Shown piece after piece: positions 1 through 12,534 of a stretch of 64,000 nucleotides of DNA (the stretch's first letter is position 1; each line of letters starts with the position of its first letter). The notes below the pieces were generated by a model, which had not been told where the DNA came from, ran no database searches, and was given only the letters and a program-made list of their open reading frames with translations. The position numbers and the translations under genes are program-made. Origin of the DNA: Squalus acanthias (Eukaryota). The DNA lies in contig JASTWF010000034.1 of assembly GCA_030390025.1 (NCBI GenBank), forward strand, positions 62,001-126,000, written 5' to 3'.

Positions 1-720
1 CCAAAAGCCATGACTGTGAGTCCAGGATAGAAATTGACAAGATTCTCTCCTCCTGGTTCCTGGCCAAGGGGGCCGCGCATGCGCCCTGCTGCCCCCTGAG
101 CCTGTCAAGATGGCGGCCGTTAACCCGGGCCTGTCACCGGGAGAAAGCCCCGCAGCTGCCGCCCCGCTCGGGGCAAACGCCCGGCCCGGAGGCTCTTGTT
201 CGGGGCCTGAGGCCCACCCCGGGTGTTTGAGAAGCGGATAATGTGGAGTGTTTTAATAATGGGGCCTGGGGCCGCACTCGGGGTGTGTGCAGCCCGCGTC
301 CCCCCGGGGTTTATTAACCCGCTCCCTGAGCTCTCTCACCTGATGTGTCAGCGGCTGCTGCCAAGGTCCGCGCATGCTCAGCTCACCTTCTGTTGTTCAG
401 GTTTAAAGGTCAAGCCCCGCCCCTCACACACTGCGATTGGTTGGAGGACCCGCCGCCCGCTCGGTCCTCCAGACCCGCCCCTCTCTTCCTATTGGTCCGG
501 AGCTCCCGTCAATCACCCGGGCAGTGTGAGCTGAGCATGCGCGGACCTTGGCAGCAGCCGCTGACACATCAGGTGAGAGAGCTCAGGGAGCGGGTTAATA
601 AACCGCGGGGGGACGCGGGCTGCACACACCCCGAGTGCGGCCCCAGGCCCCATTATTAAAACACTCCACATTATCCGCCCGCCGCTTCCCGGTTTCTCCC
701 GATTCGCTCAGCAAAGGGGC
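1..720. promoter_or_regulatory. CpG-island promoter module of the ZNF cassette, probably bidirectional
   Basis: GC/CpG-rich; NRF1 palindrome GCGCATGCGC 75-84; YY1 motif AAGATGGCGG 107-116; GC boxes and reverse CCAAT (ATTGG) in 410-500; donor-like CAG|GTGAGA near 570. Bases 1-285 are the reverse complement of ~39979-40260. Confidence 0.65.
234..678. repeat. ~153-bp inverted repeat (arms 234-386 and 526-678) around a 139-bp spacer
   Basis: GCGGATAATGTGGAG...GCATGCTCAGCTCAC is the near-exact reverse complement of GTGAGCTGAGCATGC...CTCCACATTATCCGC. Confidence 0.9.
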
Positions 721-749
721 CCCGCGCCAAACTCCGGGACAGACAGGAA

Positions 750-1282
750 GTCAGGGAGCGTCTGTAAATGGAGGAGAAATGGTGAATGGTCAGGGAGCGT
801 CTGTAAATGGAGGAGAAATGGAGACTGGTCAGGGAGCGTCTGTAAATGGAGGAGAAATGGAGACTGGTCAGGGAGCGTCTGTAAATGGAGGAGAAATGGA
901 GGCTGGTCAGGGAGCGTCTGTAAATGGAGGAGAAATGGTGAATGGTCAGGGAGTGTCTGTAAATGGAGGAGAAATGGAGACTGGTCAGGGAGCGTCTGTA
1001 AATGGAGGAGAAATGGAGGCTGGTCAGGGAGCGTCTGTAAATGGAGGAGAAATGGAGGCTGGTCAGGGAGTGTCTGTAAATGGAGGAGAAATGGAGACTG
1101 GTCAGGGAGCGTCTGTAAATGGAGGAGAACTGGAGACTGGTCAGGGAGCGTCTGTAAATGGAGGAGAAATGGAGACTGGTCAGGGAGCGTCTGTAAATGG
1201 AGGAGAAATGGAGGCTGGTCAGGGAGCGTCTGTAAATGGAGGAGAAATGGTGATTGCTCAGGGAGCGTCTGTAAATGGAGGA
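750..1282 (+). repeat. 39-bp minisatellite, ~13.5 copies
   Basis: Unit GGTCAGGGAGCGTCTGTAAATGGAGGAGAAATGGAGACT; explains the GQGASVNGGEMET ORF. Confidence 0.95.
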
Positions 1283-1506
1283 TAAATTATTTATTATTTT
1301 GCGGCTTGGTTTGTGTGAAACCTACATCACAAATTTCAATTAGACTCTTTTCCTTGCCCCAGCTCCTGTAAATACTGGCTGGAAAGGGGCCGGACTCTCA
1401 GGAGGCTCCACACCGCTGGCTGATCGTGTGTCAGTGATCTCCATTCAGATTAATGTGCATCTGCTGTGTGTGTGTTTAACAAAGTGCCCGAAGCAGTTCA
1501 TAAGGT

Positions 1507-3628
1507 GGGGAACCAGTGAGTGTAGAACTGAACCCATTCAGATTCAGCACCTTCAGGGGAGGAGAGGGAGGGGAACCAGTGAGTGTAGAACTGAATCCAT
1601 TCAGAGTCAGCACCTTCAGGCGAGGAGAGGGAGGGGAACCAGTGAGTGTAGAACTGAATCCATTCAGAGTCAGCACCTTCAGGCGAGGAGAGGGAGGGGA
1701 ACCAGTGAGTGTAGAACTGAACCCATTCAGATTCAGCACCTTCAGGGGAGGAGAGAGAGGAGAACCAGTGAGTGTAGAACTGAATCCATTCAGAGTCAGC
1801 ACCTTCAGGGGAGAAGAGGGAGGGGAACCAGTGAGTGTAGAACTGAATCCATTCAGAGTCAGCACCTTCAGGCGAGGAGAGGGAGGTGAACCAGTGAGTG
1901 TAGAACTGAATCCATTCAGAGTCAGCACCTTCAGGCGAGGAGAGGGAGGGGAACCAGTGAGTGTAGAACTGAATCCATTCAGAGTCAGCACCTTCAGGGG
2001 AGGAGAGGGAGGGGAACCAGTGAGTGAACTGAACCCAGCCAGAGTCAGCACCTTCAGGGGAGGAGAGAGAGAGGAACCAGTGAGTGTCGAACTGAACCCA
2101 GCCAGAGTCAGCACCTTCAGGGGAGGAGAGAGAGGGGAACCAGTGAGTGAACTGAACCCAGCCAGCGTCAGCACCTTCAGCGGAGGAGAGAGAGGGGAAC
2201 CAGTGAGTGTAGAACTGAACCCAGCCAGAGTCAGCACCTTCAGTGGAGGAGAGAGAGGGGAACCAGTGAGTGTAGAACTGAACCCAGCCAGAGTCAGCAC
2301 CTTCAGGCGAGGAGAGGGAGGGGAACCAGTGAGTGTAGAACTGAACCCATTCAGATTCAGCACCTTCAGGGGAGGAGAGAGAGGAGAACCAGTGAGTGTA
2401 GAACTGAATCCATTCAGAGTCAGCACCTTCAGGGGAGGAGAGGGAGGGGAACCAGTGAGTGTCGAACTGAATCCATTCAGAGTCAGCACCTTCAGGCGAG
2501 GAGAGGGAGGGGAACCAGTGAGTGTAGAACTGAATCCATTCAGAGTCAGCACCTTCAGGCGAGGAGAGGGAGGGGAACCAGTGAGTGTAGAACTGAATCC
2601 ATTCAGAGTCAGCACCTTCAGGGGAGGAGAGGGAGGGGAACCAGTGAGTGAACTGAACCCAGCCAGAGTCAGCACCTTCAGGGGAGGAGAGGGAGGGGAA
2701 CCAGTGAGTGTAGAACTGAACCCATTCAGAGTCAGCACCTTCAGGGGAGGAGAGGGAGAGGAACCAGTGAGTGTAGAACTGAACCCATGCAGAGTCAGCA
2801 CCTTCAGGGGAGGAGAGAGAGGAGAACCAGTGAGTGTAGAACTGAACCCAGCCAGAGTCAGCACCTTCAGGGGAGGAGAGAGAGGGGAACCAGTGAGTGA
2901 ACTGAACCCAGCCAGCGTCAGCACCTTCAGCGGAGGAGAGAGAGGGGAACCAGTGAGTGTAGAACTGAACCCAGCCAGAGTCAGCACCTTCAGCGGAGGA
3001 GAGAGAGGGGAACCAGTGAGTGTAGAACTGAACCCAGCCAGAGTCAGCACCTTCAGCGGAGGAGAGAGAGGGGAACCAGTGAGTGTAGAACTGAACCCAG
3101 CCAGAGTCAGCACCTTCAGGGGAGGAGAGGGAGAGGAACCAGTGAGTGTAGAACTGAACCCAGCCAGAGTCAGCACCTTCAGGGGCGGAGAGGGAGGGGA
3201 TCCAGTGAGTGTAGAACTGAACCCAGCCAGAGTCAGCACCTTCAGGGGAGGAGAGGGAGGGGAACCAGTAAGTGTAGAACTGAACCCAGCCAGAGTCAGC
3301 ACCTTCAGGGAAGGAGAGTGAGGGGAACCAGTGAGTGTAGAACTGAACCCAGCCAGAGTCAGCACCTTCAGGGGAGGAGAGTGAGGGGAAACCAGTGAGT
3401 GTAGAACTGAACCCAGCCAGAGTCAGCACCTTCAGGGGAGGAGAGGGAGGGGAACCAGTGAGTGTAGAACTGAACACAGCCAGAGTCAGCACCTTCAGGG
3501 GAGGAGAGTGAGGGGAACCAGTGAGTGTAGAACTGAACCCAGCCAGAGTCAGCACCTTCAGGGGAGGAGAGGGAGGGGAACCAGTGAGCGTCGAACTGAA
3601 CCCAGCCAGAGTCAGCACCTTCAGGGGA
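1507..3628 (+). repeat. 63-bp minisatellite (some 60-bp units), ~34 copies, in the ZNF cassette intron
   Basis: Unit GGAACCAGTGAGTGTAGAACTGAACCCAGCCAGAGTCAGCACCTTCAGGGGAGGAGAGGGAGG; period seen at 1511 and 1574. Confidence 0.95.
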
Positions 3629-3815
3629 GAATAAAAATGTTGGAGATGGTGCGATGGGTTTAGATTTCAGCACAGGGAGGAGGGAGAGTGTGTGGGATGG
3701 GGATTTACAGCTTTGGGGAACAAGAGAGGAAAGAATGTCCATAGAAACTAGAATTGTCTGTTCTGAATTTCTATCCTGTACTCACAGTGATGACTTTTGT
3801 AAACTCCTTATACAG

Positions 3816-4550
3816 AGTATTAGAAGAGGGGGAGGATTTACAGCCGGGAAACTCAAACCAAACATCACTTCAAGATCTGACAGAGGCACTCAATACAGCA
3901 GGACCCGAATATCATCGGCGTTTGAATGTGGAAGGAGAAATGTTTTAACTAGTTACACAACCTGAAAGCACATTGCACCAATCACATTGGGGGAAACAGT
4001 ACGCTTGTTCTGTGTGTGGACGAGGCTTCAACTGATCGTCCAACCTGGAGATTCACAAGGACACCCGCACCACGGAGAAACCGTGGAAATGTGGGGACAG
4101 TGGGAAGGGATTCAATTACCCGTCTGAGCTGGAAATTCATCGACGCAGTCACACCGGGGAGAGGCCGTTCACCTGCTACGTGTGTGAGAAGGGATTCACT
4201 CAGTTATCCACCCTGCAGATACACCAGCGAATTCACACCGGGGAGAGGCCGTTCACCTGCCCTGTGTGTGGGAAGGGATTAACTCAGTCATCTAATCTGC
4301 TGAGACACCAGCAAGGTCACACTGGTAGAGGCCATTCACCTGCTCCATATGTGGGAAGAGATTCTCTCAATTATCTGACCTTCTGTCACACCAGCGAGTT
4401 ATTACAGGGGAGAGGCCGTTCACCTGCTCCGTGTGTGGGAAAGGATTCAGCTGTCCATCCCACCTGCTGACACACCAGCGAATTCACAAGTGACTGCAGG
4501 GGTTGGATTCGGCTGTTATTGCGACTGTTAATCACATCCAGGTCTGAACC
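3816..4550 (+). pseudogene. C2H2 zinc-finger pseudogene (class A cassette, copy 1)
   Basis: Acceptor TATACAG ends 3815; leader deletion near 3945; TGA 4033; [11 protein letters not shown] at 4072; HTGERPF linkers; frameshift near 4326; terminal TGA 4491. Confidence 0.85.
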
Positions 4551-4956
4551 ATGTTCATTCTGACAGTTGGAGTTTGTTTCTGCTGATGTTAAACTCCAGC
4601 CCAGTTATTGGGGTTATTAGCATTTTGCATATATAGCTGATTGTGATCTCGGGGCTGCAGTGTCCCTTTAAGAACCGCTGTCTGTGATCTTTCCCCTTAA
4701 TTCAGGGCCTCTCATCAGAAATTACTTAGCAATAAAATTAACTTTTACTTCAATCCTAAATTAATCTTTGGCATAAATCTACAATTCAGAATCTGAAAGG
4801 CACCTCCATTATCCACCAGAAAGAAGGGGAATGGGAATTGGTGGAGAATCGAGAGTCCCCAAATGTTGCCCCTCCCGTCTGGTACAGCAATCCCCTTGGC
4901 GTGGGAATGGAGACAAGTCCAATCCAAGTAACGGGCTGAGTTTAATCTTTCTGGGC

Positions 4957-5725
4957 CTGTGGGATTGGTTTCTATCAGACAGGAGGAGATTGGTGTCAGT
5001 GACTGTGGGGTTGGTTTATATCAGACAGGAGGAGATTGGTGTCAGTGACTGTGGGATTGGTTTATATCAGACAGGAGGAGATTGGTGTCGGTGACTGTGG
5101 GGCTGGTTTATATCAGACAGGAGGAGATTGGTGTCAGTGACTGTGGGGCTGGTTTATATCAGACAGGAGGAGATTGGTGTCAGTGACTGTGGGGTTGGTT
5201 TATATCAGACAGGAGGAGATTGGTGTCAGTGACTGTGGGGCTGGTTTATATCAGACAGGAGGAGATTGGTGTCAGTGACTGGGGTTGGTTTATATCAGAC
5301 AGGAGGAGATTGGTGTCAGTGACTGTGGGGCTGGTTTATATCAGACAGGAGGAGATTGGTGTCAGTGACTGGGGTTGGTTTATATCAGACAGGAGGAGAT
5401 TGGTGTCAGTGACTGTGGGGTTGGTTTATATCAGACAGGAGGAGATTGGTGTCAGTGACTGTGGGGTTGGTTTATATCAGACAGGAGGAGATTGGTGTCA
5501 GTGACTGTGGGGTTGGTTTATATCAGACAGGAGGAGATTGGTGTCAGTGACTGGGGTTGGTTTATATCAGACAGGAGGAGATTGGTGTCAGTGACTGGGG
5601 TTGGTTTATATCAGACAGGAGGAGATTGGTGTCAGTGACTGTGGGGTTGGTTTATATCAGACAGGAGGAGATTGGTGTCAGTGACTGTGGGGTTGGTTTA
5701 TATCAGACGGGAGGAGATTGGTGTA
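4957..5725 (+). repeat. 46-bp (44-bp variant) minisatellite, ~17 copies
   Basis: Unit GTCAGTGACTGTGGGGTTGGTTTATATCAGACAGGAGGAGATTGGT; period seen at 5041 and 5087. Confidence 0.95.
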
Positions 5726-5729
5726 ATTG

Positions 5730-8700
5730 AATCATATCAGTTTAGGGCACAGGAGACCATTCTGCCCATCGTGTCTGTGCCGGCTGAAACGAGCTCTCCA
5801 GCCTAATCCCACTTTCCAGCTCTTGGTCCGTAGCCCTGTAGGTTACGGCACTCCAAATGCATATCCAAGCACTTCTTAAATACGATGAGGGTTTCTGCCT
5901 CTACCACCCTTTCAGGCAGTGAGTTGCAGACCCACACCACCCTCTGGGTGAAAAAAATTCTCAACTCCCCTCTGATCCTGATACAAATTACTTTAAATCT
6001 GTGCCCCCTGGTTATTGACCTCCCTGCTAAGGGAAATAGGTCCTTCCTATCCACTCAATCTTGGCCCCTCATAATTTTATACACCTCAATTAAATCTCCC
6101 TTCAGCCTCCTCTCTTACAAAGGAAGTAACCCCAGCTGATCCAATCTTTCCTCATAGTTAAAATTCTCCAGACCTGGCAACATCCTCGTAAATCTCCTCT
6201 GTACCCTCTAGTGCAATCATAGAAACATAGAAGATAGGAGCAGGAGTAGGCCAAATTCAGTACCCTGTACCTGCTTTCTCCCCATATCCCTTGATACCTT
6301 TAGCTTTAAGAAATATATCTAACTCATTCTTGAATATGTTTAATGACTTGGCCTCAACTACCTTCTGTGGTAGATTCCACAGGTTCACCACTCTCTGGGT
6401 GAAGAAATTCTTCCTCATTTCTGTCCTAAATGGCTTACCCCTTATCCTTAGATTATGACCCCTGGTTCTGGACTCTCCGACCATCGGGAACATTCTTCCT
6501 GCATCTAGTTTGTCCAGACCTGTCAGAATTTTATATGTTTCGATGAGATCCCCTCTCATTCTTCTATACTCCAGCGAGTATAAGCCCAATTGACCCAATC
6601 TCTCCTCATATGTCATTCCTGCCATCCCAGGTATCAGCCTTGTGAATCTTCGCTGAACTCCTTCCATGGCAAGAACTTCCTTCCTCAGATGAGGCGACCA
6701 AAACTGCACACTGTACTCAAGGTGTGGTCTCACCAAGGCCCTGTACAACTGCAGCAGGACATCCCTGTTCCTATACTCAAACCCTTTCGCTATGAAGGCC
6801 AACATACCATTTGCCTTCTTCACCGCCTGCTGCACCTGCATGCTTACCTTCAGCGACTGGTGCACAAGGACACCCAGGTCTCGTTGCACTTCCCCTTCTC
6901 CCAATCTATTGCCATTCAGATAATAGTCTGCCTTTCTGTTTTTGACACCAAAGTGGATAACCTCGCATTTATCCACGTTATATTGCATCTGCCATGCTTC
7001 TGCCCACTCACCCAACCTGTCAAAATCATCCTGGAGTTCCTCAGTATCCTCCTCGGAGCACACACGCCCACCCAGCTTTGTGTCATCTGCAAACTTGGAG
7101 ATATTACATTTAGTTCCCTTATCCAGATCATTAATGTATATTGTGAATAGCTGGGGTCCAAGGACCGAACCCTGCGGTACCCCACTAGTCACTGCCTGCC
7201 ACTCGGAAAAAGACCCATTAATTCCTACTCTCTGCTTTCTGTCTGCCAACCAGTTCTCTATCCAAGTCAATACCTTGCCCCCAATCCCATGTGCCTTAAC
7301 TTTACATGTTAATCTCTTATGCGGGACCTTATCGAAAGCCTTTTGAAAGTCCAAATACACCACATCTACTGGTTCTCCCTTATCTATTTTCCCACTTACA
7401 TCCTCAAAAAATTCCAGTAGATTAGTCAAGCACGATTTACCTTTTGTAAATCCATGTTGACTTTGTCCGATCCTGTCACTGTTTTTCAAGTGCTCAGCTA
7501 TTACATCCTTTATAATAGACTCTAGCATTTTCCCCACTACCGATGTCAGGCTTACCGGTCTGTAATTCCCCGCTTTCTCTCTACCACCCTTTTTGAATAG
7601 CGGGGTAACATTAGCTACCCTCCAATCCATGGGTACAGTTCCAGATTCCATCAAATGTTGGAAGATGATCAGCAATGCATCTACTATTTCTAGGGCCACT
7701 TCCTTAAGTACCCTAGGATGTAGATTATCAGGCCCTGGGGATTTATCGGCCTTCAATCCCGTCAATTTCCCTAACACCATTTCCCTGCAAATACTGATTT
7801 CTTTCAGTTCCTCCCTTTCATCAGACCGTATGTTCTCCAAGATCTCTGGTAGGTTATTTGTGTCCTCCTTTGTGAAGACAGAACCAAAATATGCATTTAA
7901 TTGGTCTGCCATTTCCTTGTTCTCCATTATAACTTCCCCCGCTTCTGACTGCAAGGGACCTACACTTGATTTCACTAATCACGTTTCCTGTAATGTGGTG
8001 ACCAGAACTGTACAGTACTCTAGCTGTGGCCGAACTAGTGTTTTATACAGTTCTAGCATAACCTCCCTGCTCTTATATTCTATGCCTCGGCTAATAAAGC
8101 CAAGTATCCCGTATGCCTTCTTAACCACCTTATCTACATGTCCTGCTACCTTCAGGGATCGGTGGACATGCACGCCAAGGTCCCTCTGTTCCTCTACACT
8201 TCTCAGTGTCCTACCATTTATTGTGTATTCCCTTGCATTGTTAGCCCTCCCCAAATGTATTACCTCACACTTCTCCGAATTGAATTCCATTTGCCACTGT
8301 TCTGCCCACCTGACCAGTCCATTGATATCTTCCTGCAGTCTACAGCTTTCTTCCTCACCATCAACCATACAGCCAATTTTTGTATCATCTGCAAACTTCT
8401 TAATCATACCCCCCTACATTGAAGTCTAAATAATTGATATATACCACAAAAAGCAAGGGACCCAGTACTGAGCCCTGCAGAACCCCACTGGAAACAGCCT
8501 TCCAGTCTCAAAAACATCCATCGACCATTACCCTTTGTTTCCTGCCTCTGAGCCAATTTTGGATCCAACTTGCCACTTTCCCTTGGATCCCATGGGCTTT
8601 TACTTTTCTGACCAGTCTGCCATGTGGGTACTTGTCAAAAGCCTTGCTAAAATCCATGTAGACTACATCAAACGTGCTACCCTCATCGACCCTCCTTGTT

Positions 8701-9990
8701 ACCTCCTCAAAAATTCAATCAAGTTAGTCAGACACGACCTCCCCTTAACAAATCCATGGTGACTGTCCCTGATTAATCCTTGTCTTTCTAAATGATGATT
8801 TATCCTGTCCCTCAGAATTTTTTCCAACAATTTGCCCACCACCAAGGTTAGGCTGACTGGCCTGTAATTACTCGGTCTATCCCTTTCTTCCTTTTTAAAC
8901 AACGGTACAATGTTAGCAGTCCTCCAGCACCACACCTGTAGGCAGAGAGGATTGAAAAATGATGGTCAGAACCTCTGCTATTTCCTCCCTTGCTTCTCTT
9001 AACAGCCTGGGACACATTTCACCCGGGCCTGGCGATTTATCCACTTTCAAAGATGCTAAACCCCTTAATACTTCCTCTCTCACTATGTTTGTCTCATCTA
9101 ATATTTCACACTCCTCCTCCTCCTCAACTACAATGTCTGCATCGTCCTTCTCTATTGTGAAGACAGACACAGAGTATTCATTAAGAACCATACCCACGTC
9201 TTCCGCCTTCACACACAAGCTTCCATTTTGCTCTCTAATCGGCCCGACTCTTTAGTTATCCTCTTGCTCTTTATGTATTTATAAAACATCTTTGGGTTTT
9301 CCTTGATTTTACTTGCCAATAAGCCCTCTCTTTGCTTTCCTAATTTCCCTTTTTAATTTCACCCCTGCACGTTCTGTACTCCTCTCGGCTTTCTGCAGTA
9401 TTTAGCTCTCAGTATCTGACATAAGCTTCCCTTTTTTGCCTTATCAAACCCTGTATAGATTTGGGACTCCCACCCTTTTTCTTTGTGGGAACATATTTGC
9501 TCTGAACCCTCACTATCTCCTCCTTGAATGCCTCCCACTGCTCTGACACTGATTTACCTTCAGGTAGCTGTTTCCAGTCCACTTTTGCTGAATCACATCT
9601 CAGCTTATTAAAATTGGCCTTTCCCCAATCGAGAACTTTTACTCCTGATCTATCTTTGTCCTTTTCCATAACTACGCTAAATATAACTGAATTATGATCA
9701 CTACCACCAAAATACTCTCGCACTGATACCCCTTCCAGCTTCATTGCCTAAAACTAAGTCCAGAACCACCCCCTCCCTTGTTGAGCTTGCTACATACTGG
9801 TTAAAAAAACGTTCTCCTGAAGGCATTTTAAGTATTCTGCTCCCTCTCTCCCTTTTATACTGATTCTATCCCAGTTAATGTGAGGGTAGTTGGAATCTCC
9901 TACTATTACTGCCCTACTGTTTTTGCACGTCTCAGAAATGTGCCTAATTATTTTCTCTTCTATCTCCCTCTGTCTATTTGGGGGTCCCAG
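5730..9990 (-). mobile_element. Degraded CR1 LINE ORF2 (5730-6219 and 7977-9990), split by a younger CR1
   Basis: Broken ORFs with CR1 motifs FFTQRVV, KFADDTK, NYRPVSLT, GGSDHN and GDSNYP, with many frameshifts. Confidence 0.85.
6220..7976 (-). mobile_element. 5'-truncated CR1 (HER1-like) LINE with an open RT ORF (6257-7975, 572 aa)
   Basis: [34 protein letters not shown] and FADD motifs; CR1 tail at 6220; AATCA repeated at 6215-6219 and 7977-7981. Confidence 0.92.
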
Positions 9991-10015
9991 CAGTGTAACT
10001 GCCCCTTTACGTGAT

Positions 10016-10495
10016 GTTTGGTCTGAGCTTCCTATCTGTAAATGCTCCGGGAGGGGAGGGGAAGATGTGTTTGGTGGTGGGATCACGCTGGAGGTGGCAG
10101 AAATGGCGGAGGATGATCAGTTGAATGTGGAGGCTGGTGGGGTGAAAGGTGAGGACAAGGGGAACCCCATCGTGGTTCTGGGAGGGAGGGGAAGGGGTGA
10201 GAGTAGAAGTGCAGGAAATGTCAACCACGGTAGAGGGGAATCCTCGGTTGAGGAAAAGGAAGACATGTCGGAAGCACTAGTATGGAAGATGGCATCATCA
10301 GAACAGATGTGACAGAGACAGAGAAACTGGGAGAATGGAATAGATTCCTTACAGGAAGCGAGGTGGGAGGACGTGTAGTCTAGGTAGCTGTGGCAGTCAG
10401 TGGGCTTATGGTGGATGTTTGTCGACAGCCTATCCCCAGAAATGGAGACAGAGAAGTCGATGAAGGGAAGAGTCGAAGATGGACCATGTGAAGGT
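10016..10495 (-). mobile_element. Penelope-like element fragment (RT thumb/linker)
   Basis: Translations HKPTDCHSYLDYTSSH...SIPFSQFL and VPLVLTFHP; homologous to 34880-35350. Confidence 0.85.
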
Positions 10496-10640
10496 GAGCA
10501 TGCGCGGCGCTGAGAAAGCTCCATCGATAGTGGCGCATGCGCGTTGTCAGCGTCAACTTAGTGTGGTGGCTGGAGCGCTTTGTGGAGCGCGGGGGCTTGT
10601 GGGTATTGCAGCCGCCATTACTGTTGATCCTTTCAACCAA

Positions 10641-11360
10641 CCTTCCCGTGCAAGTGCAGGAGATGCAACACCTGCCCTTTTACCTCCTCCATTCCCACCG
10701 TCCAGGGCCCCAAACACTCATTCCAGGTGAAACAGCGATTTACTTGTACTTCTTGCAATTTAGTATACTGTATTCGCTGCTCACGATGCGGTCTCCTCTA
10801 CACTGGGGAGACCAAACACAGATTGGGTGACCGCTTTGCAGAACACCTCCGTTCAGTCCGTAAGGGTCACCCCGAGCTTCCGGTCGCCTGTCACTTTAAT
10901 TCACCGCTCCACTCCCACTCTGACTTTGGCCTCTTACACTGTTCCAATGAAGCTCAACGTAAGCTCGAGGAACAGCATCTCATCTTTCTATTTGGCACTT
11001 TACAGCCTCCTAGACTCAACATTGAGTTCAACAATTTCAGACTATAACCTCTGCCCCTATTTTTTCAGGCGGCATCTGTTGATGATTCTGCCACCCCCAT
11101 TTGCAACATTTAACCACTCCTGCCTTCCACCCTATCACAGACCGTCCCTTTTGTTCTTTCTCCCCCCCCCCCCTTCCCCTGTCTCTGTACTTGCTTAAAA
11201 TCTGTTACATATCCAACTTTTTCCAGTTCTGACGAAGGGTCACAGACCTGAAACGTTGACTCTGTTTCTCTCTCCACGGATGTTGCCTGGCCTGCTGAGT
11301 GTTTCCAGCATTTTCTGTTGTTATTTCAGATTTCCAGCAGCCACAGTATTTTGCTATTGT
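10641..11360 (+). mobile_element. Penelope-like element 3' end (GIY-YIG endonuclease and tail)
   Basis: NLVYCIRC...LYTGETKHRLGDRFAEH...LNIEF; tail has a hammerhead core at 11225-11261. Confidence 0.88.
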
Positions 11361-11664
11361 ATTATTTATATCTTTCCTGAGGTGCGTTGTGTAAAACTGA
11401 ACACAGTACCTGTTGGAAAATAAAGCGCTTCTACAGAGGTTGAGCATTAAACAATGACTGAATGGCTGACGCAGGCACAACCAAGTTAATCTGAGAGAAT
11501 ATATGCAGCTAGACGCTGATTAACTGAATACTGACCACAGAAAGCACATTCTCCAGCAAAGCCAGATGGAACAGGAAGTTAAGGCGGAAACAGAAGCAGA
11601 TGTCACTTTGCAGCAAACTCGGCTCTGACTCTGAAGGTTCTGGGTTCAAATCCCACTGCGAATT

Positions 11665-11980
11665 TCAGCCAATGAGGGAGCTCCGGGCTGTGCCCCGCCC
11701 ACTAGGTGCCGCAAGCCCCGCCCCTCACACACTCCGATTGTTGGAGTACCCGCCGCCCGCTCGGTCCTCCAGCCCCGCCCCGCTCTTCCTATTGGTCCGG
11801 AGCTCCCGTCAATCACCCGGGCAGTGTGAGCTGAGCATGCGCGGACCTTGGCAGCAGCCGCTGACACATCAGGTGAGAGAGCTCAGGGAGCGGGTTAATA
11901 AACCCCGGGGGGACGCGGGCTGCACACACCCCGAGTGCGGCCCCAGGCCCCATTATTAAAACACTCAACATTATCCGCCT
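11665..11980 (+). promoter_or_regulatory. Second copy of the promoter module (CCAAT, GC boxes, first exon/donor)
   Basis: Near-identical to 410-678; CCAAT at ~11669. Confidence 0.7.
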
Positions 11981-12051
11981 CCCCACAACTACCCGCCAGT
12001 TTAAGACACAAACTCCGGGACAACCAGGAAGTGCTGGGAAATCCCCAGCGA

Positions 12052-12534
12052 GTCAGGGAGCGTCTGTAAATGGAGGAGAAATGGAGACTGGTCAGGGAGC
12101 GTCTGTAAATGGAGGAGAAATGGAGACTGGTCAGGGAGCGTCTGTAAATGGAGGAGAAATGGAGGCTGGTCAGGGAGCGTCTGTAAATGGAGGAGAAATG
12201 GTGTCTGGTCAGGGAGCGTCTGTAAATGGAGGAGAAATGGAGACTGGTCAGGGAGCGTCTGTAAATGGAGGAGAAATGGAGACTGGTCAGGGAGCGTCTG
12301 TAAATGAATGAAGTAGAAATGGAGACTGGTCAGGGAGCGTCTGTAAATAAGGGATAAATGGTGACTCGTCAGGGAGCGTCTGTAAATGGAGGAGAAATGG
12401 TGACTGGTCAGGGAGCATCTGTAAATGGAGGAGAAATGGTGACTGGTCAGGGAGCGTCTGTAAATGGAGCAGAAATGGTGACAGGTCAGGGAGCGTCTGT
12501 AAATGAAGGAGAAATGGTGACTGGTCAGGGAGCA
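12052..12534 (+). repeat. 39-bp minisatellite, same unit as 750-1282, ~12 copies
   Basis: Unit GGTCAGGGAGCGTCTGTAAATGGAGGAGAAATGG(A/T)GACT. Confidence 0.95.

Noticed and set aside
635..1285. 216-aa GQGASVNGGEME repeat ORF (also 12081-12546)
   Set aside because: By-product of a stop-free 39-bp minisatellite; the second array has stops and frameshifts.
1476..3618. 600-700-aa ORFs on both strands
   Set aside because: Open in several frames because the period is a multiple of 3; the unit derives from intron sequence and no domain is recognisable.
4957..5725. CRISPR-like look of the tandem arrays (also 18789-19318 and 30451-30860)
   Set aside because: Head-to-tail units with no unique spacers, no cas genes, vertebrate context.
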